DNA of 64,000 nucleotides from Betaproteobacteria bacterium (GTDB taxonomy: Bacteria; Pseudomonadota; Gammaproteobacteria; Burkholderiales; SG8-39): contig JBQTJX010000014.1 in NCBI GenBank assembly GCA_052386675.1, forward strand, positions 18,120 through 82,119, in the 5' to 3' direction. Below the pieces are notes generated by a model. The model was not told the origin of the DNA, did no database searches, and worked only from the letters and a program-made list of their open reading frames with translations. This document shows positions 35,008 through 43,477 of the stretch, in pieces; within the stretch, counting starts at the first letter, position 1, and every line of letters begins with the position of its first letter. A program made the translations under genes and the position numbers.

Positions 35008-37082
35008 TCCCACCTCTGGCTGCGGCGATAGAGCAGGAGTCCCAGGAGGAGGAGCAGCGATCCCAGGAGCAGGTCGAAGCGCGCGCTGGTCGCGCCGCGC
35101 GGCAGTTCGCCGTGCACTTGCCCTACATTCCCTTCCATGGTCCAGCCTTCGGGCAGGTTGGTCGGCAGGGACGCCGACTTGAGCAAAGCCTCCGCGGTGC
35201 GCGCCGGAGTCTTGTCTACCGCCACCAGGCTGGTGTAGCGGGACACCAACTGATGCTCCAGCGCCAGCTTCAGCACCGCCTCGCGAATGTCGTCCTCAGG
35301 GACGCCTTCGCGCATGCCATCCATCAAGGCGCCGATCCGTTCGCGCGCCCACAGTACCGACAGGGCATTCGCGCTTTCGGCTGGCGCTACCGGCACGCGG
35401 GCCATCCAGGCCTTGTCGCCCGCGGTCGCGGACACGGTGAGCGCCCCACCCAGCTTTTCCGCCGAGAACAGCACCATCACGGGCTCGCCGGCGTAGAGGT
35501 CGGGGACCTGCTTCGGCCACGCCTCGATGCCGACGGCGCCGCCCCAGTCGATGCGTACCCCCTTCAGAACCGGAGACTCCAGTTTCGAGAACAGCGCGTC
35601 CATCTTCTGCTTCACTTCCTCGATGCGGCCGATATAGGTAAAACTGCCGGCGCCGAACCGCGCGGCCCTGGACATGAAATGGCTGTTCGGCGCCGAGCCG
35701 ATACCGACGGTGAACAGGCGAGAGTCGCCGAGGCGCTCGCGGATCATGCGGAACAGCTGGTCCTCGTTTCCCACAGCGCCATCGGTGAGGAACACGATCT
35801 GGCGGATCCGCCCCGGCGTCTCCTTCCCGTCCAGCGCGAGGTCCAGAGCCCTTGCCATTTCGGTACCGCCGTTGGCGCGCAGGTCGCGCACCCAGCGTAT
35901 CGAGGCCTCGAGGTTGTCGGGAGAGGCCGCTCTCGCTTCCGCGAAAAGCGGCCGTGCATGGCTGTTGAACTCGATGATGTTGAAGCGGTCGACGGGAGCA
36001 AGGCGTCGCACGGCGAGTTCAAGCGCCTCCTTCGCCTGCGCGATGGACGCGCCCTGCATCGAACCCGACGTATCAATGACGAAGATGGCCTCTCGCGGGA
36101 TGGTGCTGTCAGGGCTCGCCTGGGCCGGCGGCACCACCATCACCAGGCCGTAGTGCCTGCCGTGCTTCAGTTCGGTGATTGCCGCGGCGGCGGGGACACG
36201 CCCGGACTCGAGTGTCCACTCCAGGACAAAGTCCTTGTTGGCGGGCGTGCCGGACGAAAGTGGATCGTGCAGCACTGCGCGGCACCCCGCCTCGCCGCAG
36301 GGACCGGTCTCGATGCGATGGGACGGGCTTCTAAGTTCCGCGACGGAGACGCCGGCATGGACGTCCACGCGAAGCGTCACCGGATTGCGCACGACGGATT
36401 TGCTCGCCGGCCGGAACAACGCCGTGGTGACGCGAGCGGCATCGGAGCCCTTGGCTTCGGCGGCCGGAAAGTACCGCGGGCCGACCACCATCGGAAAGCG
36501 CAGCGAGTAGCGCCCCTGGTCGTAGCGTAGCGTCTGCTGGTACTCGATCTCGATCTGGACCTCTTCGCCGGGGGCGATGTTGGCAACACTGGAGGTGAAG
36601 ATGTTCGGCCGCTCCTGCTCCAGCAGCGCCGCACGCCGGCCCTCAGCCTTGGCTTGGGCGTAGGTGGCCCTGGCCTTCTCCTTTTCGCGGATTTCGCCTT
36701 CGACAAGCCGCTCGCCGATGCGCATCCGCAGCCGGTCCACCGCAGCGTCCTCGGGCAGCGGAAACACATAGGTGCCCTCGTACCAGTCTGGCTGCGTGTT
36801 GCGGAAGCGCTGCGTCACCTTTGCCCGGGCCACGTGGCCGACCACCTGGATCTCGACATCGGTGGCGAGGAGCGGTGCGGTGAGCACGGCGCCTCCAGCC
36901 CGCGGCATGAGCAGCAGGCCACCATCGCGCTCGTGCTGGGCGGCCTGCGCGCTGCCAGACAGCAGCAGCACGGTGCCGGCCAGCACCAATCCGACCGACA
37001 GCGCGATGCAGGCGGCCAGCGAAACGAAAGTGAAAAGGTCGAGCAGGGCGAGGCGGGTAAGACTAGGGTTCTGGGTTTTCAT
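35004..37082 (-). CDS. Proteobacterial sortase target protein (VIT + von Willebrand A domains, C-terminal sorting signal)
   Basis: 692 aa: N-terminal TM/signal and a VIT-like region (VEIQVVGHVARAKVTQRF...YVFPLPEDAAV). vWA MIDAS motif FVIDTSGSM. C-terminus is LPRGATS, then the hydrophobic LLLGSLLLLLGLLLY, then RRSQRWE. Confidence 0.9.
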   Translation of the reverse strand: MKTQNPSLTRLALLDLFTFVSLAACIALSVGLVLAGTVLLLSGSAQAAQHERDGGLLLMPRAGGAVLTAPLLATDVEIQVVGHVARAKVTQRFRNTQPDWYEGTYVFPLPEDAAVDRLRMRIGERLVEGEIREKEKARATYAQAKAEGRRAALLEQERPNIFTSSVANIAPGEEVQIEIEYQQTLRYDQGRYSLRFPMVVGPRYFPAAEAKGSDAARVTTALFRPASKSVVRNPVTLRVDVHAGVSVAELRSPSHRIETGPCGEAGCRAVLHDPLSSGTPANKDFVLEWTLESGRVPAAAAITELKHGRHYGLVMVVPPAQASPDSTIPREAIFVIDTSGSMQGASIAQAKEALELAVRRLAPVDRFNIIEFNSHARPLFAEARAASPDNLEASIRWVRDLRANGGTEMARALDLALDGKETPGRIRQIVFLTDGAVGNEDQLFRMIRERLGDSRLFTVGIGSAPNSHFMSRAARFGAGSFTYIGRIEEVKQKMDALFSKLESPVLKGVRIDWGGAVGIEAWPKQVPDLYAGEPVMVLFSAEKLGGALTVSATAGDKAWMARVPVAPAESANALSVLWARERIGALMDGMREGVPEDDIREAVLKLALEHQLVSRYTSLVAVDKTPARTAEALLKSASLPTNLPEGWTMEGNVGQVHGELPRGATSARFDLLLGSLLLLLGLLLYRRSQRWE

Positions 37083-37227
37083 GGGATGCCATTACGCTCG
37101 CCAGGAAAGGCGCGGCGGCGGCGCGATGCGGGCAAGGCGGAGAAGAATTCTGGCAAACCCGTGGCAGGGGGGCTTTGCGCCGGCGCGCGCCGAGTTTTCG
37201 TTGCTATAGTCGGCTCCGGTCCAGCCC

Positions 37228-37917
37228 ATGCGCCGCATCGCCATCGTCGAGGATGACCCCGCCATCCGAGCCAATACCTCGGAGGCGCTGCGCAAGCACG
37301 GCTTCGAAGTGGCCGCCTTTTCGGGGCGCGCCGAGGCACTGGCGGCGCTGCGCTCGCGTTTGCCCGAACTTGCCATCATCGACATTGGCCTGGGGGACGA
37401 TATCGATGGCGGCTTTTCGCTTTGCCGCGAGCTGCGCGCGCTGTCGGCGACGCTACCCATCATCTTCCTCACCGCGCGCGACAGCGATTTCGACGTCGTC
37501 TCCGGGCTGCGTCTGGGCGCGGACGACTACCTGACCAAGGATGCGAGCCTGCCTCACCTGCTGGCGCGCATTGGCGCCCTGTTCCGCCGCGCCGAGTTGT
37601 CGCGCGAGCCGCAGCAGGAGGAGGAGAGACTGGAGCGAGGATCCCTGGCGCTCGACCTCAAGCGCTTCACCGTGGCGTGGAACGGAAAACCGGTGGAACT
37701 CACGCTCACCGAATTCTGGATGGTGCACGCGCTGGCCCGGCACCCGGGCCACGTAAAGAACCGCGAGCAGTTGATGAGCGAGGCGCAGTTGGTGGTGGAC
37801 GACGCCACCGTCACCTCGCACGTCAAGCGCATCCGGCGCAAATTCCAGGTCGTGGACCCGGACTTCGACCACATCGAGACCGCGTACGGCATGGGCTACC
37901 GCTGGAAGAGCCCTTGA
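37228..37917 (+). CDS. OmpR-family response regulator (dedicated sortase system type)
   Basis: Receiver domain (IAIVEDDP...LAIIDIGLGDD) plus winged-helix output (GYRWKSP end). Divergent from the sortase target gene. Confidence 0.9.
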   Translation: MRRIAIVEDDPAIRANTSEALRKHGFEVAAFSGRAEALAALRSRLPELAIIDIGLGDDIDGGFSLCRELRALSATLPIIFLTARDSDFDVVSGLRLGADDYLTKDASLPHLLARIGALFRRAELSREPQQEEERLERGSLALDLKRFTVAWNGKPVELTLTEFWMVHALARHPGHVKNREQLMSEAQLVVDDATVTSHVKRIRRKFQVVDPDFDHIETAYGMGYRWKSP

Positions 37918-37935
37918 CGCGCCGATGACATTCGC

Positions 37936-39564
37936 ATGAGATCCATCGGCCTGCGCGGCAAGCTCGCGCTGGTGGCCCTGGTGCTGCTGGCGCTGCCCTG
38001 GGCTGGCGTGATGTACGTGAACGAGATGGAGCGTGTCCTGCTGGACGGCCAGGAGCGGAACCTGCTCGCCACCGCGCGCGCGGTGGCCACTGCGCTGCAC
38101 GACCGGCCGCAGCTCCTCAACGCGGCACCGGTGCGCGACGATCCGATGCGTCGCGAGGCCGAAGCGGAGTTGCGGCGGCTCGCGGAGCGCGCGCTGGAGC
38201 TGCCGGCGGAGCAGGTGATCCTTGAGCGCGAGCAGGCCCTGGCGGCGCGTGCGGCGCAGGAGGACATTGCTGCCATCCTGAAGGGCGTCGAGCGCACCGA
38301 GTCGCGCATCTGGGTGGTGAACCGGAAGTATCAGGTGCTGGCGCTGGCGGGCAGCCTGAAGAAGCCGGCGCGACACGGCGAAGACGACGAGGAATCAGGC
38401 CTGCGGCGTCTCTGGCGCAGCTTTGTTGGCGCGCTCATCCAGAGGCCCAGCGAGGAGTTCGCCGAGGCGGTACCCGACGACGCGCTCGCCAGCGGGCGCG
38501 ACATCGGCGCCGCGCTTCAGGGCGCGCCCGGAACGCGGGTACGCCGAACGCCGGACGGGCGCGCGATCGTGATGTCCGCGGCCAGCCCAATCTGGAATCG
38601 GGACCAGGTCGTGGGTGCGGTAGTGGTGGAAGAAACCACCAACCCGATTGCCACTTTGAGGAGTGGGGCGCTGGAACGCCTTCTGGTGCTGACCCTGACG
38701 GTGTTCGCGGGCGCGGCGGCGGTACTCCTCGCCTGGGCGACACGCCTGTCGCTGCGTATCCGGCGCCTTCGCGACGAAGCCGAGTCGGCGATCGATGCCC
38801 GCGGTCGGTTCACACGTCTCGCTTCTGGCTCGAACGCGGGTGACGAGATCGGCGACCTGTCACGCAGTTTCTCCGCGGTGCTGGGCAAGCTCGCACAGCA
38901 CCACGCCTACCTGGAGAGCATGGCCGGGCGCCTGTCGCACGAACTGCGCACACCTATCGCTGTGGTGCGCTCGTCGCTGGAGAACCTGAAGCTGGCGCCG
39001 ACGCCGGAGGAAAGCCGCACCTACATTGCCCGCGCCGAGGAAGGCCTGGCGCGCCTGTCGCGGATCCTGGAGCGCATGGGCGAAGCGAACCGCCTGGAGC
39101 AGGGCTTGTCGGCCGCAGCGCGCGAGCGCTTCGACGCGGTGCCGGTGGTGCGAGGCTGCGTGGAGGGCTACCGGATGGCCTACGCGCCGCGCGCATTCGA
39201 CCTGGAGCTTCCGGGCTCGCCAACCCTCGTTGACGGCGCACCCGATCTGCTGGCGCAGATGCTGGACAAGCTGGCGGAGAACGCCGCCGACTTCGCCGCG
39301 CCGGGGACGCCGGTCCGCGTCTCGCTCGCCGTGATCGGCGGCGGCGTCCGGCTGATCGTGGAGAACGAGGGACCGCCTATCCCTGAGGCGGTCAAGGACA
39401 CCCTTTTCGGCTCCATGGTGTCCGGCCGCGCCGGGCATTCGGGCACCGATCCCCACCTCGGGCTGGGCCTCTACGTGGCGCGGCTGATCGCGGAGTTCCA
39501 CGGTGGCGGCGTCGCCGCTGAGAACCTGTCGCACGGCGTGCGTGTCACCGTGACGCTGCCTTAG
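37936..39564 (+). CDS. Sensor histidine kinase (dedicated sortase system type)
   Basis: 542 aa: N-terminal TM, large periplasmic segment, second TM and HAMP-like region. H-box RLSHELRTPIAVV. ATPase G-boxes include GLGLYVARLI. Confidence 0.9.
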   Translation: MRSIGLRGKLALVALVLLALPWAGVMYVNEMERVLLDGQERNLLATARAVATALHDRPQLLNAAPVRDDPMRREAEAELRRLAERALELPAEQVILEREQALAARAAQEDIAAILKGVERTESRIWVVNRKYQVLALAGSLKKPARHGEDDEESGLRRLWRSFVGALIQRPSEEFAEAVPDDALASGRDIGAALQGAPGTRVRRTPDGRAIVMSAASPIWNRDQVVGAVVVEETTNPIATLRSGALERLLVLTLTVFAGAAAVLLAWATRLSLRIRRLRDEAESAIDARGRFTRLASGSNAGDEIGDLSRSFSAVLGKLAQHHAYLESMAGRLSHELRTPIAVVRSSLENLKLAPTPEESRTYIARAEEGLARLSRILERMGEANRLEQGLSAAARERFDAVPVVRGCVEGYRMAYAPRAFDLELPGSPTLVDGAPDLLAQMLDKLAENAADFAAPGTPVRVSLAVIGGGVRLIVENEGPPIPEAVKDTLFGSMVSGRAGHSGTDPHLGLGLYVARLIAEFHGGGVAAENLSHGVRVTVTLP

Positions 39565-39574
39565 AATCGGCCGC

Positions 39575-41056
39575 TTGCAGACGCAAGCTCCCCTGTCGGA
39601 TAGCCTGGACCTCCTGGTCGTCGGCGGCGGCATCAATGGCGCCGGGATCGCGCGCGACGCGGCCGGCCGCGGGATGACGGTGCTGCTGGTGGAGAAGGAT
39701 GACCTCGCCTCAGCGACCTCGTCGTGGTCCTCCAAGCTCATCCACGGCGGCCTGCGATACCTGGAGCAGTACGAGTTTCGCCTGGTCGCGGAGGCGCTCG
39801 CCGAGCGCGAAGTACTGCTCAAGGTCGCGGCGCATCTGGTCTGGCCGGCGCGTTTCGTCATGCCGCACGTGCCCGAACTGCGGCCTCGCTGGATGATCCG
39901 CGCCGGACTGTTCCTCTATGACCACCTGTCACGCCGAGCCAGCCTGCCGGGCTCGCGTGCAGTGCGACTCGACGCGCCGCCGTACAACGCGGGCCTGAAC
40001 GAGCGCCTGAAGCATGGCTTCATCTATTCCGACTGCCGGGTGGACGATGCCCGGCTGGTGATTGCCAATGCGCTGGACGCACAGTCCCGCGGCGCCCGAA
40101 TCCTGACGCGGGTGGCCTGCCTGGAGGCGCGACGCGAGGGCGCGCTGTGGTACGCGACGCTCTCCAACGGCGAACGGGTGCGCGCCCGCGCCGTGGTCAA
40201 TGCCGCAGGCCCGTGGGTGAAGCGGGTCCTGAACGAGCGACTCGGCCAGGCGTCCGAAGACCGGGTGCGGTTGGTGAAGGGCAGCCACATCATGCTGCCG
40301 AGGCTGTACGAGGGAGAGCACGCCTTTATCCTGCAGAACAATGATCGACGTGTCGTGTTCATGATTCCCTACGGCGACCTGCACACGCTGGTCGGCACCA
40401 CTGACGTGCAGCAGGCGGACGAGAACGAGCAGCCGCGCGCCACCGAGGAGGAAGTGGGGTATCTGTGCCGCGCGGTGAACCGATACCTGAAGCAGCCCGC
40501 GCGCCCGCAGGACGTGGTATGGCGCTACTCCGGCGTGCGACCCCTGTACGACGACGGTTCGGACGATCCGTCTGCGGTGACGCGCGACTACACGCTGCGC
40601 GTGGACGACGCCGGCGGCACGGCGCCGGTGTTGTCGGTCTTCGGCGGCAAGATCACGACCTATCGGCGCCTGGCCGAGCATGCGATGGAGAAGCTGGCGC
40701 CGTACTTCCCTGGCATGAGGCCCGCGTGGACCGACGGACCGCCACTATTGGGCAGCGATTTCGGGGGTGTCTCGCGCAGGGAGGCCCGTGACGCCTTCTT
40801 CCAGACCCATCCGCATATTCCAGAGTACATCCTGCGCGGCATCTTCCGACGCCATGGCGTGCAGGCGCCGGCGGTGGTGGGAGACGGTGACCTGGGCGAG
40901 GACTACGGCGCGGGCCTCACTGCGCGCGAGGTGCGCTGGCTCATGGAGAACGAGTGGGCGCGCACCGCCGAAGACGTGCTGTGGCGGCGCACCAAGGCCG
41001 GGCTTCTCATGACCGGCGCGCAGCATGAACGCGTCAAGGCTGCAGTGGGCGACTGA
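39575..41056 (+). CDS. glpD: Glycerol-3-phosphate dehydrogenase (FAD-dependent)
   Basis: LLVVGGGINGAGIARDAAGRG dinucleotide fold, about 493 aa. TTG start 10 nt after the kinase stop (start inferred). Confidence 0.9.
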   Translation: MQTQAPLSDSLDLLVVGGGINGAGIARDAAGRGMTVLLVEKDDLASATSSWSSKLIHGGLRYLEQYEFRLVAEALAEREVLLKVAAHLVWPARFVMPHVPELRPRWMIRAGLFLYDHLSRRASLPGSRAVRLDAPPYNAGLNERLKHGFIYSDCRVDDARLVIANALDAQSRGARILTRVACLEARREGALWYATLSNGERVRARAVVNAAGPWVKRVLNERLGQASEDRVRLVKGSHIMLPRLYEGEHAFILQNNDRRVVFMIPYGDLHTLVGTTDVQQADENEQPRATEEEVGYLCRAVNRYLKQPARPQDVVWRYSGVRPLYDDGSDDPSAVTRDYTLRVDDAGGTAPVLSVFGGKITTYRRLAEHAMEKLAPYFPGMRPAWTDGPPLLGSDFGGVSRREARDAFFQTHPHIPEYILRGIFRRHGVQAPAVVGDGDLGEDYGAGLTAREVRWLMENEWARTAEDVLWRRTKAGLLMTGAQHERVKAAVGD

Positions 41057-41841
41057 TGAAGCCGATCGCCGAACTGTCCGGCGCCACCCGCCTGAAGGGC
41101 CTGCTGTTCGATATCGACGACACGCTCACCACCGGCGGCGCGCTGACGGCCGAAGCCTATGGCGCCATGGAGCGATTGAAGCGCGCCGGCAGGCTGGTGG
41201 TGCCCATCACCGGCCGTCCGGCGGGCTGGTGCGACCACATCGCGCGCATGTGGCCGGTGGACGCAGTTGTGGGCGAGAACGGCGCGTTCTATTTCCTGAT
41301 GGCGGGGGGCAGGCTGAAAAAGTGTTTCCAGGATGATGCCGCGACGCGCGCGGAAAAGCGCTCGCGGCTGGATGCGATTGCGCGCCGCATCCTCGCTGAA
41401 GTGCCCGGCTGTGCGATCGCTTCGGACCAGGCGTATCGCGAGACCGACCTCGCGATCGATTTCTGCGAGGACGTGCCGCCGCTGGGCCTGGAGTCCGCGA
41501 CGAGGATCAAGACCCTGATGGAGGCCGGGGGCCTGACAGCGAAGGTCAGTTCCATTCATGTCAACGGCTGGTTCGGTGCCTACGACAAGCTGGGAATGGC
41601 GCGGCGCCTGTTCGTGGAACGCTTCGGCGTGGACCTCGAAGCGGCCAATGGCGAGTACGCGTTCGTCGGAGATTCGCCCAACGACGCGCCCATGTTCGTG
41701 TTCTTCGAGAACTCGGTGGGCGTAGCCAACGTGCGGCGCTTCGGCTTGCGGCCGGAGTCGGCGCCGAGGTACGTCACCCGCGCCAAGGCAGGCGAGGGTT
41801 TCGCGGAACTGGTCGCGCACCTGCTCCAGGGACCGGGCTGA
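41056..41841 (+). CDS. HAD-IIB family phosphatase
   Basis: Motif I LLFDIDDTLT and motif IV FVGDSPNDAPMF. Its start overlaps the glpD stop (TGATG). Confidence 0.85.
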   Translation: MKPIAELSGATRLKGLLFDIDDTLTTGGALTAEAYGAMERLKRAGRLVVPITGRPAGWCDHIARMWPVDAVVGENGAFYFLMAGGRLKKCFQDDAATRAEKRSRLDAIARRILAEVPGCAIASDQAYRETDLAIDFCEDVPPLGLESATRIKTLMEAGGLTAKVSSIHVNGWFGAYDKLGMARRLFVERFGVDLEAANGEYAFVGDSPNDAPMFVFFENSVGVANVRRFGLRPESAPRYVTRAKAGEGFAELVAHLLQGPG

Positions 41842-42632
41842 TGGACTGGTGGCCGGCCTACCTCGCCATCGGGGCGACGGTGGGTTTCCTGGCCGGGCTG
41901 CTGGGCATTGGCGGCGGCATGGTGATGGTGCCCATGCTCGTCTTCGTTTTCACCGCCAAGGACTTTCCGCCGCAGCACCTGATGCATCTGTCGCTCGCGA
42001 CCTCGATGGCGACAATCCTGTTCACCTCGGTCGCCTCGGTGGGCGCGCACCATCGCCACGGCGCGGTGGACTGGGCGGTGGCGAAATCCATGGCGCCGGG
42101 CATCGTAGCCGGAGCGCTGGTGTGTTCCATCGGCGCGGGCTTCGTGCCGACGCGGCCGCTGGCCATTTTCTTTTCCTGCTTCATGTTCTATGCCGCGCTG
42201 CAGATGTTTTTCGAGGTCAAGCCGAAACCTTCGCGGCAACTGCCGGGGCCGGGCGGGTTGTTCGCCGCCGGCGCCGCGATCGGCGGCTTCTCCAGCGTGC
42301 TCGCAGCGGGCGGCGCGTTCCTGTCCATTCCGTTCCTCGCACGCTGCAACGTGCCGCTGAAGCGCGCCATCGGCACCGCCGCGGCCAACGGCTTCCCGAT
42401 CGCGGTCGCGGGAACGGTGGGTTACGTGGTCCAGGGCTTTCGTACGAGCGGGCTGCCCGAGTGGTCGCTGGGCTATGTCTACCTGCCCGCGCTGGCGCTT
42501 GTCGTGGTGACCAGCATGCCGCTGGCGCCGCTGGGCGCGCGCCTTGCACATCGACTGCCGGTAAAGCCGCTGCGCATCCTGTTCGCGCTCACGCTGCTCG
42601 CGCTCGCTCTGCGCATGGCTTTCGCCGTGTAG
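41841..42632 (+). CDS. TauE/SafE-family anion (sulfite-type) exporter
   Basis: 263 aa, about 8 hydrophobic helices with Gly-rich TM motifs (GLLGIGGGMVMVP). Its start overlaps the HAD stop (TGATG). Confidence 0.8.
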   Translation: MDWWPAYLAIGATVGFLAGLLGIGGGMVMVPMLVFVFTAKDFPPQHLMHLSLATSMATILFTSVASVGAHHRHGAVDWAVAKSMAPGIVAGALVCSIGAGFVPTRPLAIFFSCFMFYAALQMFFEVKPKPSRQLPGPGGLFAAGAAIGGFSSVLAAGGAFLSIPFLARCNVPLKRAIGTAAANGFPIAVAGTVGYVVQGFRTSGLPEWSLGYVYLPALALVVVTSMPLAPLGARLAHRLPVKPLRILFALTLLALALRMAFAV

Positions 42633-42641
42633 GTACGGTCG

Positions 42642-42929
42642 TCACGTTTCGTAGTCGGCGATCCAGTGTTCGTCGGCGAGTGGATCCACGATGGCGCGCG
42701 TCTCCGCGTGCGCCGGGTGCCGATGGTATGCGGCAAGCGCCTCGCGGCTCTCGAATTCCGAATAAAGCGCAAAGTGCACGCCGCGACGCCCGGTGTTGAA
42801 ACTCGCGCCGGCTTCGATTCGGATGAGGCCCGGGATGCGCCCGTTCTGCGCCTCGAGCGCGCGCTTCACCCGGCCCAGACTGTCGCCATCCGGCGACTTG
42901 AATTTCCACAGAACGATGTGCTTCACCAT
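42642..42929 (-). CDS. Dabb (stress-responsive alpha/beta barrel) protein
   Basis: 95 aa. MVKHIVLWKFK ... AAYHRHPAH ... pattern. Confidence 0.8.
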   Translation of the reverse strand: MVKHIVLWKFKSPDGDSLGRVKRALEAQNGRIPGLIRIEAGASFNTGRRGVHFALYSEFESREALAAYHRHPAHAETRAIVDPLADEHWIADYET

Positions 42930-42974
42930 GTGTCGAATGAGGGCAGTCCCGTATCAAAACCAATGGAGGCATGC

Positions 42975-43433
42975 ATGAGGAAGCTGATCGTAATCGCTTT
43001 GGCCGCCGCCTGTGCGGGTCCCGTGTCTGCGCAGCAGAAGAAGGAGTCGGGCAACGCGGCGTTTGATGCGCTCGACCGCAATGGAGACGGCGTGCTCAGC
43101 CGCGAGGAGCTCGCGGCCGACAACGAGCTCGCCAAGCGCTTCAGCAGGTTCGACGCCAACAGAAACGGGAGCTGGGATGCCAATGAGTATGTGACCGCGA
43201 ACCGGGACAACGATGGCCGAGTCCTTGCCGACACCGCCGTGACCACGAAAGTCAAGGCGTTGCTGCTCGCGGAGAAAGGGATTCCCTCGACGGCGATCTC
43301 GGTGGAGACCTATGAAGGCCGCGTGCTGTTGTCCGGCTTCGTCGAGTCAGAGACCGTGCGGTCGAAGTCGGGCAAGGTGGCCGCCGGCGTCTCCGGAGTG
43401 AAACGGGTTCAGAACAACCTGGTCGTGAAGTAG
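42975..43433 (+). CDS. Secreted EF-hand + BON domain protein
   Basis: GGAGG lies 5 nt upstream of ATG 42975. Signal peptide MRKLIVIALAAACAGPVSAQQ. Two canonical 12-residue EF-hand loops (DRNGDGVLSREE, DANRNGSWDANE). C-terminal BON domain (VKALLLAEKGIPSTAISVETYEGRVLLSGFV...VKRVQNNLVV). Confidence 0.85.
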   Translation: MRKLIVIALAAACAGPVSAQQKKESGNAAFDALDRNGDGVLSREELAADNELAKRFSRFDANRNGSWDANEYVTANRDNDGRVLADTAVTTKVKALLLAEKGIPSTAISVETYEGRVLLSGFVESETVRSKSGKVAAGVSGVKRVQNNLVVK

Positions 43434-43438
43434 CTTTC

Positions 43439-43457
43439 GCGGCGTTGCGCCGCTTTT
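43439..43457 (+). terminator. Small rho-independent terminator-like hairpin after the EF-hand/BON gene
   Basis: GCGGCG-TTG-CGCCGC (6-bp GC stem, 3-nt loop) followed by TTTT. Confidence 0.4.
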
Positions 43458-43477
43458 CGTCGGTACAATCGCGGGCC

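Noticed and set aside
36828-36839. 12-bp palindrome GGCCACGTGGCC considered as a third parS
   Set aside because: It shares only the CACGTG core and lacks the TGTT/AACA arms. It lies inside the coding sequence of the sortase target.
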